From positions 349,680,001 through 349,744,000 of the forward strand of contig NC_067398.1 in the NCBI RefSeq assembly GCF_016432865.1: a DNA stretch of 64,000 nt. The letters are read 5' to 3'. Positions 24,370-34,970 of this stretch are shown in pieces (the first letter of the stretch is position 1; each line of letters begins with the position of its first letter). Made by a program: the position numbers and the translations under genes. The DNA comes from Antechinus flavipes (taxonomy: Eukaryota). The notes beneath the pieces were generated by a model. The model made no database searches and was not told the DNA's origin. It saw nothing but the letters and a program-made list of their open reading frames with translations.

Positions 24370-24560
24370 ACAAAGAAGGATGGATTTGGAGTTCCGAAGA
24401 CCTGGGGTTTAATACTGGCTCTGCTACATCCTATTGGTTTGACCTTGGACATGGTACTTAAGCTTTCTTGGCCTCTATTTCCGGATCTGAAAAATGAAGG
24501 GCTGTGTGCTAAATGGTCTCCCAAGTGCTTTCCGATGTCTTTAATCAATGGTTCCAGATC
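24370..24560 (+). mobile_element. MIR
   Basis: 'tggatttggagttccgaagacctggggtttaatactggctctgctac...gaccttggacatggtacttaagctttcttggcctc'. It underlies ORF 24231-24620. Confidence 0.7.
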
Positions 24561-25224
24561 TACCAGCCTCCAAACTCTATTCCTCACCGGGCTGCCTTTC
24601 TGTCTATAAGGGAACTGCACCTGGGGCCTTTAGTAACAGGAAATTGTCCCTTTTCTCTAGGGTGGTCCAGGAGAATTGGATAATGATAGAGGAATAGGCA
24701 AGGAGATCTCCAGGATTTCTGAGAGAGTTGAGGACTAGAATTACTTCACAGCATTACCAGGTGACCAAGGCAAACAATTTATATTGGCACTCTATAGATT
24801 ACAGGACAGGCAAGTCTTTAAGAGACTCAAAGCTGCAGAGTTATTGCTGATCTGCTTTGTTACCACACCCTATATTAATGAAATCACAGGTACAGAGTCC
24901 ATACTCACTATATATAGAATCTATATATAATGTAGATTACATGTATTTGATCATAATGGAGATAACTAATTTTTACAAGTGATCAGTAATTAGAGTCACA
25001 AAGAAAATTCCCAGTATGGAAATCTCTTTCACCAGTGCAGATTGCAATCCATCTCTGACTAGTTAAATAAGTTCTAGGAAGTAGACTGAGATGTACAGAG
25101 GTACATTACCAAGGATGATTCAGGTAAGGAAATATCAGAAGCAGACTTCTTATCCAAATTTTCCAAACTCACAGCCTAACATCCCACCATCCTAAATTGC
25201 TTTTCTACATGACATGTATAAGTA

Positions 25225-25495
25225 CACATTTATGGGAACTAAATCACACAGTGAATAGAGTGCCAGGCATGGAATCAAGAAAATGCATCTTCCTTAATTC
25301 AAATCCAGCCTTAGATACTTACTAGCTGTGTGTGACCCTGGGCAACTAATTTAACCCTGTTTGCTTCAGTTTCTTCATCTGCAAAATGAGTTGGATAAGG
25401 AAATGGCAAAAAACTTCAGTATCTTTGCTAAGAAAACCCCAAAAGAGGTTGCAAACAGTAAAATATGTCTGAAAAAAACAACTAAACAACAACAT
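25225..25495 (+). mobile_element. Mar1-like CORE-SINE
   Basis: 'gtgaatagagtgccaggcatggaatcaag...ttcaaatccagccttagatacttactagctgtgtgtgaccctgggcaa...aaggaaatggcaaa...ctttgctaagaaaaccccaaa', ending in an (AAC)n tail. Confidence 0.85.
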
Positions 25496-28309
25496 CAAAC
25501 AATGTATTATGTGTGTATCTAGCTATCTATGATATGTATATATGTCAATAACCAAAATTATTAATTACAGCATTTTCTAAGCACTGCTTTGCCAATGACA
25601 AAAAGCACATCAATATTTTCAATAAAATGAAAAAAATTATCCACCATCCCTCAGTCTGGTTGAGTGTCTGTGACACTTTGTCAGTCAGCCCAAGCTCTCA
25701 CAGGGCTTAGAAGATGGAAGATTCTTTACCTCATAATGCCATGGTCTTTCCAGTAGCTAACCCTCAAGTCTAATCTTTTTTAGGTTCAAAGATTAGATTT
25801 GCCTTCTTACCCAAGAGATATGAATCTTATCACTTGGTTATATTCAAGCAAGCCCCTCTCTGCAATACATTCAGAAACAAACCAAACAACCCAAGAACAC
25901 CTGCATTTCTGAAAATTTCCATAATTCTTTCTCCAACATGAAATGTCATTACAATTGCAATCTTGTGAAAGGAATAAAGTCTTTCCTGAATTCTATTTTT
26001 AAATACTCAGCTAATAACATTATTCCATATGTCAATAGCTACAATTTTATGGCATCATGCAACAGAATAACACTGTGTTCTGAAAAGCCCCTTCATCTCC
26101 AAATCAAACTTTAATTTTATGCTTCTCCAAATACTGTAATTGGGGGAAGTGCTAAGTATTTAAGTCCGAAACACTTCTTTTTGATATCTTTCCAACCGAT
26201 TACCATGATATCTAAAAAGCTGACCATCCCTGACCATGAACAGATTTCATCATCGGAGATGAAAGGGATTTGATCGTAGCCCTGAAATTGTGTGCAAGGC
26301 ATATGACAGGCAATCAGACTTAATTCATTTTTTTTCTTTAAGAAAAAAAAAGCAATTTTCAAAACCAATAGTCATTTGGGGTCACAAAAATAACAATGTA
26401 CTTTTTTTTCTCAAGATCTCTAAAAGATATGGGTATTCTACACATAAAATCATTGTTCCCTACCCCCATACTGAGTCCTTGATATAACAGAGTTAGGCTG
26501 TCAGGAGGGTATTGTTCTGATCCCTCAATACTGGCATTAGAATGAGGTTAGTTGTAAGGAATGTACATGAGTATTCTCAACATTCTTTCTACAAAACAAT
26601 AGCCAGTTGGGAGGGGGAAGAAGATGAATAAATATAACCTTATCTTGGTTATATCATGTGGTCCAAAATCAATGAAGTTATTTGAATTTTCTATATTTTT
26701 ACCCGTTACTCTGGTAATAAGGAAATATTATTCTAGTCTCAGTAAAGCACTTCCCCAAATTCTTCCACACCTTTCTCAGCTCCCCAGGGAAATGGGAAAC
26801 ATGCACACCTTCATTGAAAAAATAAGGGTCTGACACTTAAAATTTTTTTATAAGCTTGACATTCCCTGGGTCAATTAGCAAATCAACAATATAAGCAGTA
26901 GAGGAAGAAACTTAATTCCTTGTTGAATGGCCAAGTTTATGTTGGCTCTCCCACTCTTAAAAGAAACCTATTCAATGCCTTTCTTGATAGTCATCAACAA
27001 GTGTTAGAAGCCAGAAAACCTATATCCTAATCTCAGTTATGCCACCAATTGGGTGACTTCAGGGAAGTTATATTCTTTCTTAAGCCTAAAATGAGGAAGT
27101 TGGACTAAATTTCTACAATTTTCTAATCCTAATACAGAGATATAGCATCTCAGATTAGGCAGAGGATCATTAGGTTTTATTATTGGCAGATATTCTTATA
27201 CATAATAAAGGTGAGGGTCTTTGCTTCATCCCAACACTTTAGTCACAACACATCTCCTGTTGATTTTTTTTTCTTTTTCTTTTTTTTTTTTAGCAGAATA
27301 CTCAATATATATTTTGGGGATAGAGGGAAGGTTAGATAAGAATTACCAGGAAGATCCTAATCTTAAGTCAGATAGTCGTCTGGGACCATGAGCTTCAATC
27401 AGCATCAAGAAGTTAAAAGAACAAACATTCAATCCTGGAATATTCTGCTATGATTTGTTGATGTCACCTGCCTAGCTGTGGTCCCAGCCCCCAACTATTC
27501 TATAAAAAAACCTATGGTTCACTCCCAAAGAGGATTTCTAGCTAGTAAATCTCCAGAAGATAGGAATAGAAGGAGAACCAGTATTCCTGAAAGAGATAGG
27601 TGGCTGAAGTTCATTAGATGGTATCAAAGAATAGCACGTTGGCCACCATGCATCACTGAAAAGGTACAAAGAAGTCTATACTCAACTCCCAATGGAAAAT
27701 GCATATGAAGTACCCAACAGAGAGTAGTAGGGAGCAGTTCAATGGCAACAGATGCATCTGTGTAACATCAAAGGTGTGAGTTTAACTAAGCATGTACTCT
27801 ATGTATGGTGACCATAGGAGAGAGAGCGTTATATATATATTCATGGTGGGAGGGGGATGGAATATTTCTTTTGCCCCTTTATTTGCCTTGAAGTTTGACT
27901 AGCTGTCTTTTTCCCTCAAAACTAATCTGTCTTTTGGCTCTGATAAAAATAAGCAAGCATACACTATGGGGGCTCATGAGCTTTGTGGTTTTAAGTGGAT
28001 CCTCAACCATGTAATGCCTCAGACCTCAGCAACTATCCTGGAATTCCTCAAGGGAGGAGATATCCAGGTGATACATTAAACATTCAAAGATTCAAAACAG
28101 TAAAGGAATCCCTTACTTGGCCAATCTAGCTACCACAATTTGGGTTATCAGCTATTCCCTTTGTCATTGCCTAGCTTCTGTAAAAATATGCATTTATTCT
28201 CTGCTTCAGAGAAGGTAAATGTCTCTGATGGAAACAAGTTGGAAATAGTAATATAAATTAAGCAAGAGCTTAACAGAAATGTAAAGTATATTACATCCTA
28301 TTATTATTA

Positions 28310-28520
28310 TTTTGTTGTTGTTGTTAGGTCATTTCAGTTGTATATGACTCGTTATGACCCCATTTGTGCTTTTCTTGGCAGAGATACTAAAATGACCTGC
28401 CATTCCTTCTCCAACTCATTTTATAGATAGGAAAACAGAGTTAAGAGACAGGGTCACACAGCTGGTAAGTATCTGAGGATGGATTTGTCAGGTCTTCCTC
28501 ACACCAGCATCAGCATTCTA
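28310..28520 (-). mobile_element. Mar1-like CORE-SINE
   Basis: 'ttgttgttgttaggtcatttcagttg...gaccccatttgtgcttttcttggcagagatact...ccttctccaactcattttatagataggaaa'. Confidence 0.8.
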
Positions 28521-29025
28521 GTCTTTTAATTCTGCTTTATTTCTTCCCAGATCTCTGTCTGTGAGGGTACAACTCACAGATGGAATTTTGTTTCCTCAGT
28601 CTCTGAGCAAAAGGGAATCCAGATGAATACTTAGAGGAGCAAGTCATTGCACTCCTAAAGAAAGGGAAGAAGGTCTCATTGATCAACCTAAGTGCCTAAA
28701 TAGCCTGATGTTGGTCTGTATTCTACAAGATCATATTCATAGGAGCATAAATTTGGAAGATCATGTAGTTCAACTCATACTTTACAAGTGAAAAATCTGA
28801 AGCCCAGAAAGGTGATGTGATACCCAAAGTGGTAACTTTGGCCAATATTGACCAAAATTGACCAATATTAAGAACTATTATTCAAACCCANNNNNNNNNN
28901 NNNNNNNNNNNNNNNNNNNNNNNNNNNNNNNNNNNNNNNNNNNNNNNNNNNNNNNNNNNNNNNNNNNNNNNNNNNNNNNNNNNNNNNNNNNNNNNNNNNN
29001 NNNNNNNNNNNNNNNNNNNNNNNNN

Positions 29026-29122
29026 CACTAAATTTTAGTTAGAAGTTAGTCAAAATAAAAATGCAGTTTTTTTTTCCATCCAAGTTACAGACTCCCTTAA
29101 ATCTACCCAAGTTAAGAATCCC
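29026..29122. mobile_element. hAT-Charlie MITE right end, left part lost in the gap; same family as 31441-31654
   Basis: 'tttttccatccaagttacagactcccttaaatctacccaagttaagaatccc' parallels 31590-31653. Confidence 0.55.
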
Positions 29123-29431
29123 CAGTTAAGTGACTTTCTCGTGATCACCTACCTAGTAAATATCAGAGAGATTCAAATCCAGACCTTTTTTGACTTAAGT
29201 CCCCCTTTTACAGCACAAAAAGACTACTAATACTAGAAAGATGAGCCTTTTTTTGTCTTCAAGAAGTATGTTGTCCTCAAAAGATTGACAAAATTTTCCG
29301 ATTATAATCTAACCCAGTCTTCCTCCTAATCATTGACTACTTCATTGCTCATCAGCAATATCTGTTCAAGAATTACAGATTCTGTAAGTGCCGCCTACCC
29401 AACTGTATTGCCATTCTTGATCTACTTCAGG

Positions 29432-29432
<1 letters not shown>

Positions 29433-29480
<48 letters not shown>
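29433..29480. repeat. (TG)24 microsatellite
   Basis: Directly visible. Confidence 0.98.
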
Positions 29481-29481
<1 letters not shown>

Positions 29482-29499
29482 TGTGGTGTGGTTCAGCTG

Positions 29500-29900
29500 A
29501 CCTCTGAGTGAGCTTAGATTTCATTTAGGAGACTCCTCTCCTCAATGTTCTAGGGATTGATGAAATCAGTACCATGTCATCTGCAAACTGGAGCATCTGG
29601 AGAAACTGACCGTCTGCAGGGAATCCCTCTTCCATCTGAATGCGTATGATAGCCTTCGTGACAGAAGCAAACACCTTTGGTGAGCATATGTCTCCTTCTT
29701 TCATGCTTCACTTCATAGCAATAATCAGAGGGTTGTCAAACAAAGTTATCTCTGTTATTTCAAGGAATTATGTATGATTTTGACACATGGATAAGAGACA
29801 CCTTGTTGGAGGAAAGCCTTTATGGTGTTGTTTTGCTCAATCAAATTAAGTTTTGCTTTTTTATCATTAATGTTAAACTCGGTGCATTCTTTGCATCTTT
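29500..29900 (-). mobile_element. RTE LINE reverse-transcriptase fragment, degraded
   Basis: With stops and frameshifts, the minus strand reads roughly ...QQGVSYPCVKIIHNSLK..EITLFDNPLIIAMK*SMKEGDICSPKVFASVTKAIIRIQMEEGFPADGQFLQMLQFADDMVLISS. This fits the non-LTR RT motifs QGD-SP and FADD. Confidence 0.85.
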
Positions 29901-31440
29901 TAGTTAACTGGAAGAATATTAAGCAGGAATTATGTTATAGAATATCATTTGCAAGGGGCTTTCCTTCTCTTACTTTTCTCTAGAATGTCCTTTATACATC
30001 TGTAAATGCTTCTCATAAAAATTTTGTAGAAATAGGAAAATAGGTCAGTAGTTATTGATATTTTCACAGAAAACGGCCCAGGCCTATTCAACTATTTGAA
30101 TTGTTGTTATTTTCCTCCATGGGTTGGAATAAAACTAAAGATCACCCTTACTCACTCTAATCAAGAATATCAAAAGGATTTGGTGTGAGTATAGACCACA
30201 AGATTTAAGTGCAGAATTGTGATGGGCCAGAAATAAAAGTAGTCTAGCAGAGTATGGAGTTGGTCTCACAGCAATCACTAGCTCACCAATTGGTGGGGTC
30301 AGAAGAACATAATGGACCCCTAAAATTTCCCTCCTCCTTTCCTCCATTATTTCCTGTCCTTCAGAAGAGACTCTAGGTGGATCCCAGACTTTTCCTTTGT
30401 CATCTTCTGGACATTGGAAGGAGAGGGTAAAAGAAAAGAGTATTCAATAATTCAGAACTGTCTCTCCAACATCCTGAAGGGGAAAGCTAGGAAAAGCTTT
30501 GGAGACTATGTGCTGAGTGTTCCAGGAGAAGAGAAATGGGCAATTCTTTTTTTTTTTTTTTTTTTTTAGAATTTTGCTNNNNNNNNNNNNNNNNNNNNNN
30601 NNNNNNNNNNNNNNNNNNNNNNNNNNNNNNNNNNNNNNNNNNNNNNNNNNNNNNNNNNNNNNNNNNNNNNNNNNNNNNNNNNNNNNNNNNNNNNNNNNNN
30701 NNNNNNNNNNNNNNNNNNNNNNNNNNNNNNNNNNNNNNNNNNNNNNNNNNNNNNNNGATGGGGAGATCTCAGAAGTAGTGATGGGGCCAGTGAGTTACAG
30801 AGATTTTCTTATATTTTTCAATTATTTGTACTAGAATTCCACTTGCAAATTACTAGAATTCTGGAGCAGGGCCAGAAAGGGCTTCCTTTCTGCCTAATCT
30901 GAGGGTTGATGGATTTTCATGACTTGCATGTAAGCATGGAAGTTTTTCTCAATTTCAAACTGATTAATTAAAGTGAAAACTTACTTCCTGTGGATGTGCA
31001 GAAAGAAGGGCTTGAGCTGGGTACAGGTTGCTGTTACTTTTGTAGTATCTAAATTGTCATTTGGGAAACCAAAAGTCCCATCTCAGTAACCATTTTTCAT
31101 TAGTGATAATTCATGGAATTCTCCCTAAGCATCTTCTTCTCTTTCAGATATCTTGATAATTGATCCTTCATTGCCCCCAGAGTTACTTTGTCTCTAGTAT
31201 GGTTCATCTCTGTGTTCATTTGTTTCAGTCTCTCTTTGCTCTCTATTTGTTCCCGCTTTATTCTCTTTAGCGTAATTCTACTTCTTCTGCAATCTCACAA
31301 TAATGCGTGGCTCTGTTTTCACCAATATAACACATCTGCTCTTTCATCCCATTCCTGACATAACTCAATGGTTCATATTCTCCTCATTTTGTGCCTTCTT
31401 TGAAGAATGAGCTTTCTAATTATCTTCCTTTCCTTTAGGA

Positions 31441-31654
31441 CAAGGGTTCTTAACCTTTCTTTGGGTTATGGACTTCTGGACAGTCTATTGAAGACTAAGG
31501 AGCCCTTTTCAAAATAATGTATTTAGATATATAAAATAAAATATATAAGATTACAAAGGTAACCAAAAATTAGTGAAAATAAATATGTAATTTTTCTCAT
31601 CCAAATTTCTGGACTTCCTGAAGCTATCTGTGGATCTCAGGTTAAGAATTCCTG
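31441..31654. mobile_element. hAT-Charlie MITE (214 bp), older family
   Basis: TIRs caagggttcttaacct and aggttaagaattcctg. 8-bp flanks ctttagga and ctctaggg (6/8 identical) fit the Charlie NTCTAGRN target. Confidence 0.8.
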
Positions 31655-31664
31655 CTCTAGGGCC

Positions 31665-32120
31665 TCCTACCTCTAATCTATCCTGTCCCCTATGACCAGG
31701 TTAATTTTCCTAGAGTACATCTTTCACCACATGATGAAATCTTATGCTCAGAAATCCTCAAGGTTTTCTGCTGTGTACAAAATAAAGCCATACTCCATAG
31801 TCTGGCACTGAAGCTGTTCCGCAATCTGAACACAACCTACCTTTCAAGTACTATCACCACTACCATTGTCTTCATCAGAATGTCTGGCTTTTATGTTACC
31901 TTAATCAAGAAAAGTCCTTTGTTCTCCTCAAATTGGTCTACTTTGTTCCTATTCCCACTCACCTATACATATTCATACCCATACATTTCAAACCTCAAGT
32001 TAAATCCCACAGATTCTTGTGATCTGATTATCCCTGCCTGCCACCCCCCCACTCTTTCTTTCCTCTGAACACTGAGAGACTCTAAGAGCCTCTCATAAAG
32101 CACTTAACCATTTATTACCG
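31665..32120 (+). mobile_element. L2 3' fragment
   Basis: 'ttaattttcctagagtaca...tagtctggcactgaagctgttccgcaatctgaacacaacctacctttcaag'. Confidence 0.65.
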
Positions 32121-32187
32121 TGTACTATCTATTCTTTTCAAATGAGGAAGAGCCTCTCCCTAGAACATTTTGGTATACACTATGGTG

Positions 32188-32640
32188 CCTATCTTTGGTT
32201 GGTTTTTGTCCATTTTCTAAAAGGATCAAAATGACATCACTATGTTATAAGGTGTCCAACGAAGGCTGATCAGATCAATATCATCTCAGAATGCTCTACC
32301 ACAGATTGGGCACAAATAATCCATCGAACATTTGGGGTGGATTCTCTAAATGTACATATATGTCTCTGTTGAGCTACTTCATTTCTGCTATGGAACACAG
32401 CTCCTTCTCTGATGAGGACTCCATACTGGGCGGTCTTGTCCCAGTGCCTTCCATGTCATACAAACAATTCCAAAATTCTTCAAACCTTGAGAGGGTCCTT
32501 GTGTTGCCTCTTCTGATCACTACATGAGTGCTTGCCTGTGCGAGTTCTCCATAAATAGTCTTTTGGGCAAGCATATGTTTGGCATTCAAACAATGTAGCT
32601 GGTCTATTATAAGCTTTATCCAAAATAGTTGCTCAATTGA
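32188..32640 (-). mobile_element. RTE LINE 3' end (ORF C-terminus plus 3'UTR)
   Basis: ORF 32374-32589 begins HMLAQKTIYGELAQ, comparable to the RTE C-terminal motif RLPKQLFYGEL.QG. The 3'UTR 'gtccattttctaaaaggatcaaaatgacatcactatg' resembles the copies at 17975 and 20460. Confidence 0.8.
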
Positions 32641-34389
32641 TTGTTACTGATTAAATTCAAGTCTCCCATCCTTTCATTCCAAGTTCTTTCAAACAAATTA
32701 ATCAATGAATCAATATAGATTTAGACCATAGCACATCTACTACTACCCTAGAAGGAACATGCTCAACGTAAAGTAAGTCAGTATTAGTTAACTAAGTGGC
32801 ACCTGTATCTGTATCTGACAACTGGATAGAAAAGAGACAGAGATAGAAAAAAGTTAAAGAACATGGTTCAAGAGAAAGAGCTATAGGTTCTCACTTCTTA
32901 ATGATTTCTATTTAATTATATCCCTTTAGACTGAATTTTTTTAAGCTATGCAGATCCACCTTACTAAGGAATACAGATTTGGAAAATGTTAAAAATCAGT
33001 GTCTCTCTGTCTTTCCCTCCCTCTTCCTCTGTCTTTCTGTTTCTCTCTATGTCTCTCTGTTTCNNNNNNNNNNNNNNNNNNNNNNNNNNNNNNNNNNNNN
33101 NNNNNNNNNNNNNNNNNNNNNNNNNNNNNNNNNNNNNNNNNNNNNNNNNNNNNNNNNNNNNNNNNNNNNNNNNNNNNNNNNNNNNNNNNNNNNNNNNNNN
33201 ATGAAAATTTAGTTGTGTTTGTAGGCAATTGTTATGTGCTCCAGTGAACCTATGGGACACAGATTCTTTTTGTGTGATCAACCTGCCTCAGGCTTCCCTG
33301 GGTAATGTTGCCTTCATGGAAATTCCACATCTGCGGCCAGCATCCCAACCCACTGATGAGCAGGTGAGGCCATTCAGGAAACTGAAAAATAGAGAAAATG
33401 ACACTGAAATTAGTCATCAGGATGGGGATGACTAAAGCCCTCCCTGGTTTCCAGTTTTCCATAGTAAACATTCCCCAGAGAATCCATGTGCCTGACCCTA
33501 AAGTTTCCCCATTTTCCAAGTCAATGCACTTGATGGGAACTCATCTTCTTACCCACTCTTTGATTACATACCCTGTAGATATTTAGCTGGAGAACTGTTG
33601 CCAATTTAGGGTTGGTAGAATTCATTTCTTCATTTCCACTTATGAGCTTATCAAAGAAATTGTGAGGGGCCTCAGCTTTTTTTTGTTGTTCCTATTCTCT
33701 CCCAATACAATATGCCCTTCCCCCGAACCTAGTCCTCCCATCCAGATAATTCGACCTCTTTGAGGTTAATGACTACACACATATTCTTGTATTATGTCCC
33801 TAGCCACTCTGATATTTTAAATTTGTGTTCAACAAACGTGGGGCCATAGAATCATCATTTAGGAAACAAAGCTTACTGTGTGCTTTTAAGTTGGTTTTTT
33901 TTTCCCCCAATTTTAGCCAGCTAGTAAAAATCAATACAGCCATGTTACCATCTGTAGGCCACCTGACAGCTTATGAATGATCAATGGGGCCTGCACCCAG
34001 ACTGCAAGAAAGCCAGGCTCTATAGTGACCAGCAGGGCCCAGGAACTGGGAAAGAGCATTTCTCTTATGCTCATTCAAAAGCTTCCTTTTTTCAGGGGTT
34101 TCAAGGGAGCAGGAGGTGGAGGGGGTGAGTATCTCTGCTTTGGGGAAAGTATTCCCAGAGTAAGGAATGTTTAGCCAAAGGGTCAAAAAAGTTTAGGGGG
34201 AATTTGAGGCCAGAGAGACACAAATCCTTTGTTCCTCAAAGATTAGTCAAATGGGACAATCTGCTGTGGAGGTAATTTGAATCTAAGTGCAATTAAACAG
34301 GAGCTCCGGGAGGCAGGAGGCTGAGAACTAGGGACTCTACAATTCTAATCTGTGCCCCTAAGTACCTGCACCACTTCTTGTTCACAGAG

Positions 34390-34620
34390 AACACAGGGTT
34401 GATCTTAGTGTCAGGAAGATCTGAATTCTAATTCTGCCCCATGCACTAACTAGAAATGAAACTTTAAATTAGTTATTTAACATCTCCTGGCCTCAATTTT
34501 CTCATCTGTAAATGAGAACTATAATAATACCAACTTCACAGGGTCATGACCATCAAATGAATAACACATATAATGTGCTTTTCAAAACTTAAAGCTTTAG
34601 ATGTAATTATTATTATTAAT
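34390..34620 (+). mobile_element. MIR
   Basis: 'gtgtcaggaagatctgaattctaattctgccc...cctcaattttctcatctgtaaatgagaactataataataccaacttcacaggg'. Confidence 0.75.
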
Positions 34621-34759
34621 CATCATCCAACATAGAAATAGCTTAAAACTAGCCCTAGTAGCAAGTGAAACACAACATTCACCTTCAGAATACAAAGCCT
34701 CTACAAGATGGAGCTCTTTTATGAGTCAACTAATGTCACCAAATAATAATAATAATAAT

Positions 34760-34970
34760 AATTGACATTCATTTAAGAATTTTAAGTTTAGCAAAACATT
34801 TAGGTATAATATCTCCTTTGATCTTCATAATAACACTGTAAGGTATTACTGTTATTCTCATTTTATAGATGAGGAAATTGAGACTCAGAAAACTTAAATG
34901 ACTTATGCAGAGTGACAGAGCTATTAAGTGTTTGAGTCGACCTGACACCAAAGGCAGTGCTCTATCCATG
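34760..34970 (-). mobile_element. MIR
   Basis: 'ttattctcattttatagatgaggaaattgagactcagaaaacttaaatgactt'. Confidence 0.75.

Noticed and set aside
28841-28870. Three ~10-bp units ccaa(t/a)attga next to a gap
   Set aside because: Too short and AT-rich, with no spacers, so it is not a CRISPR-like array. It is likely slippage or a contig-end effect.
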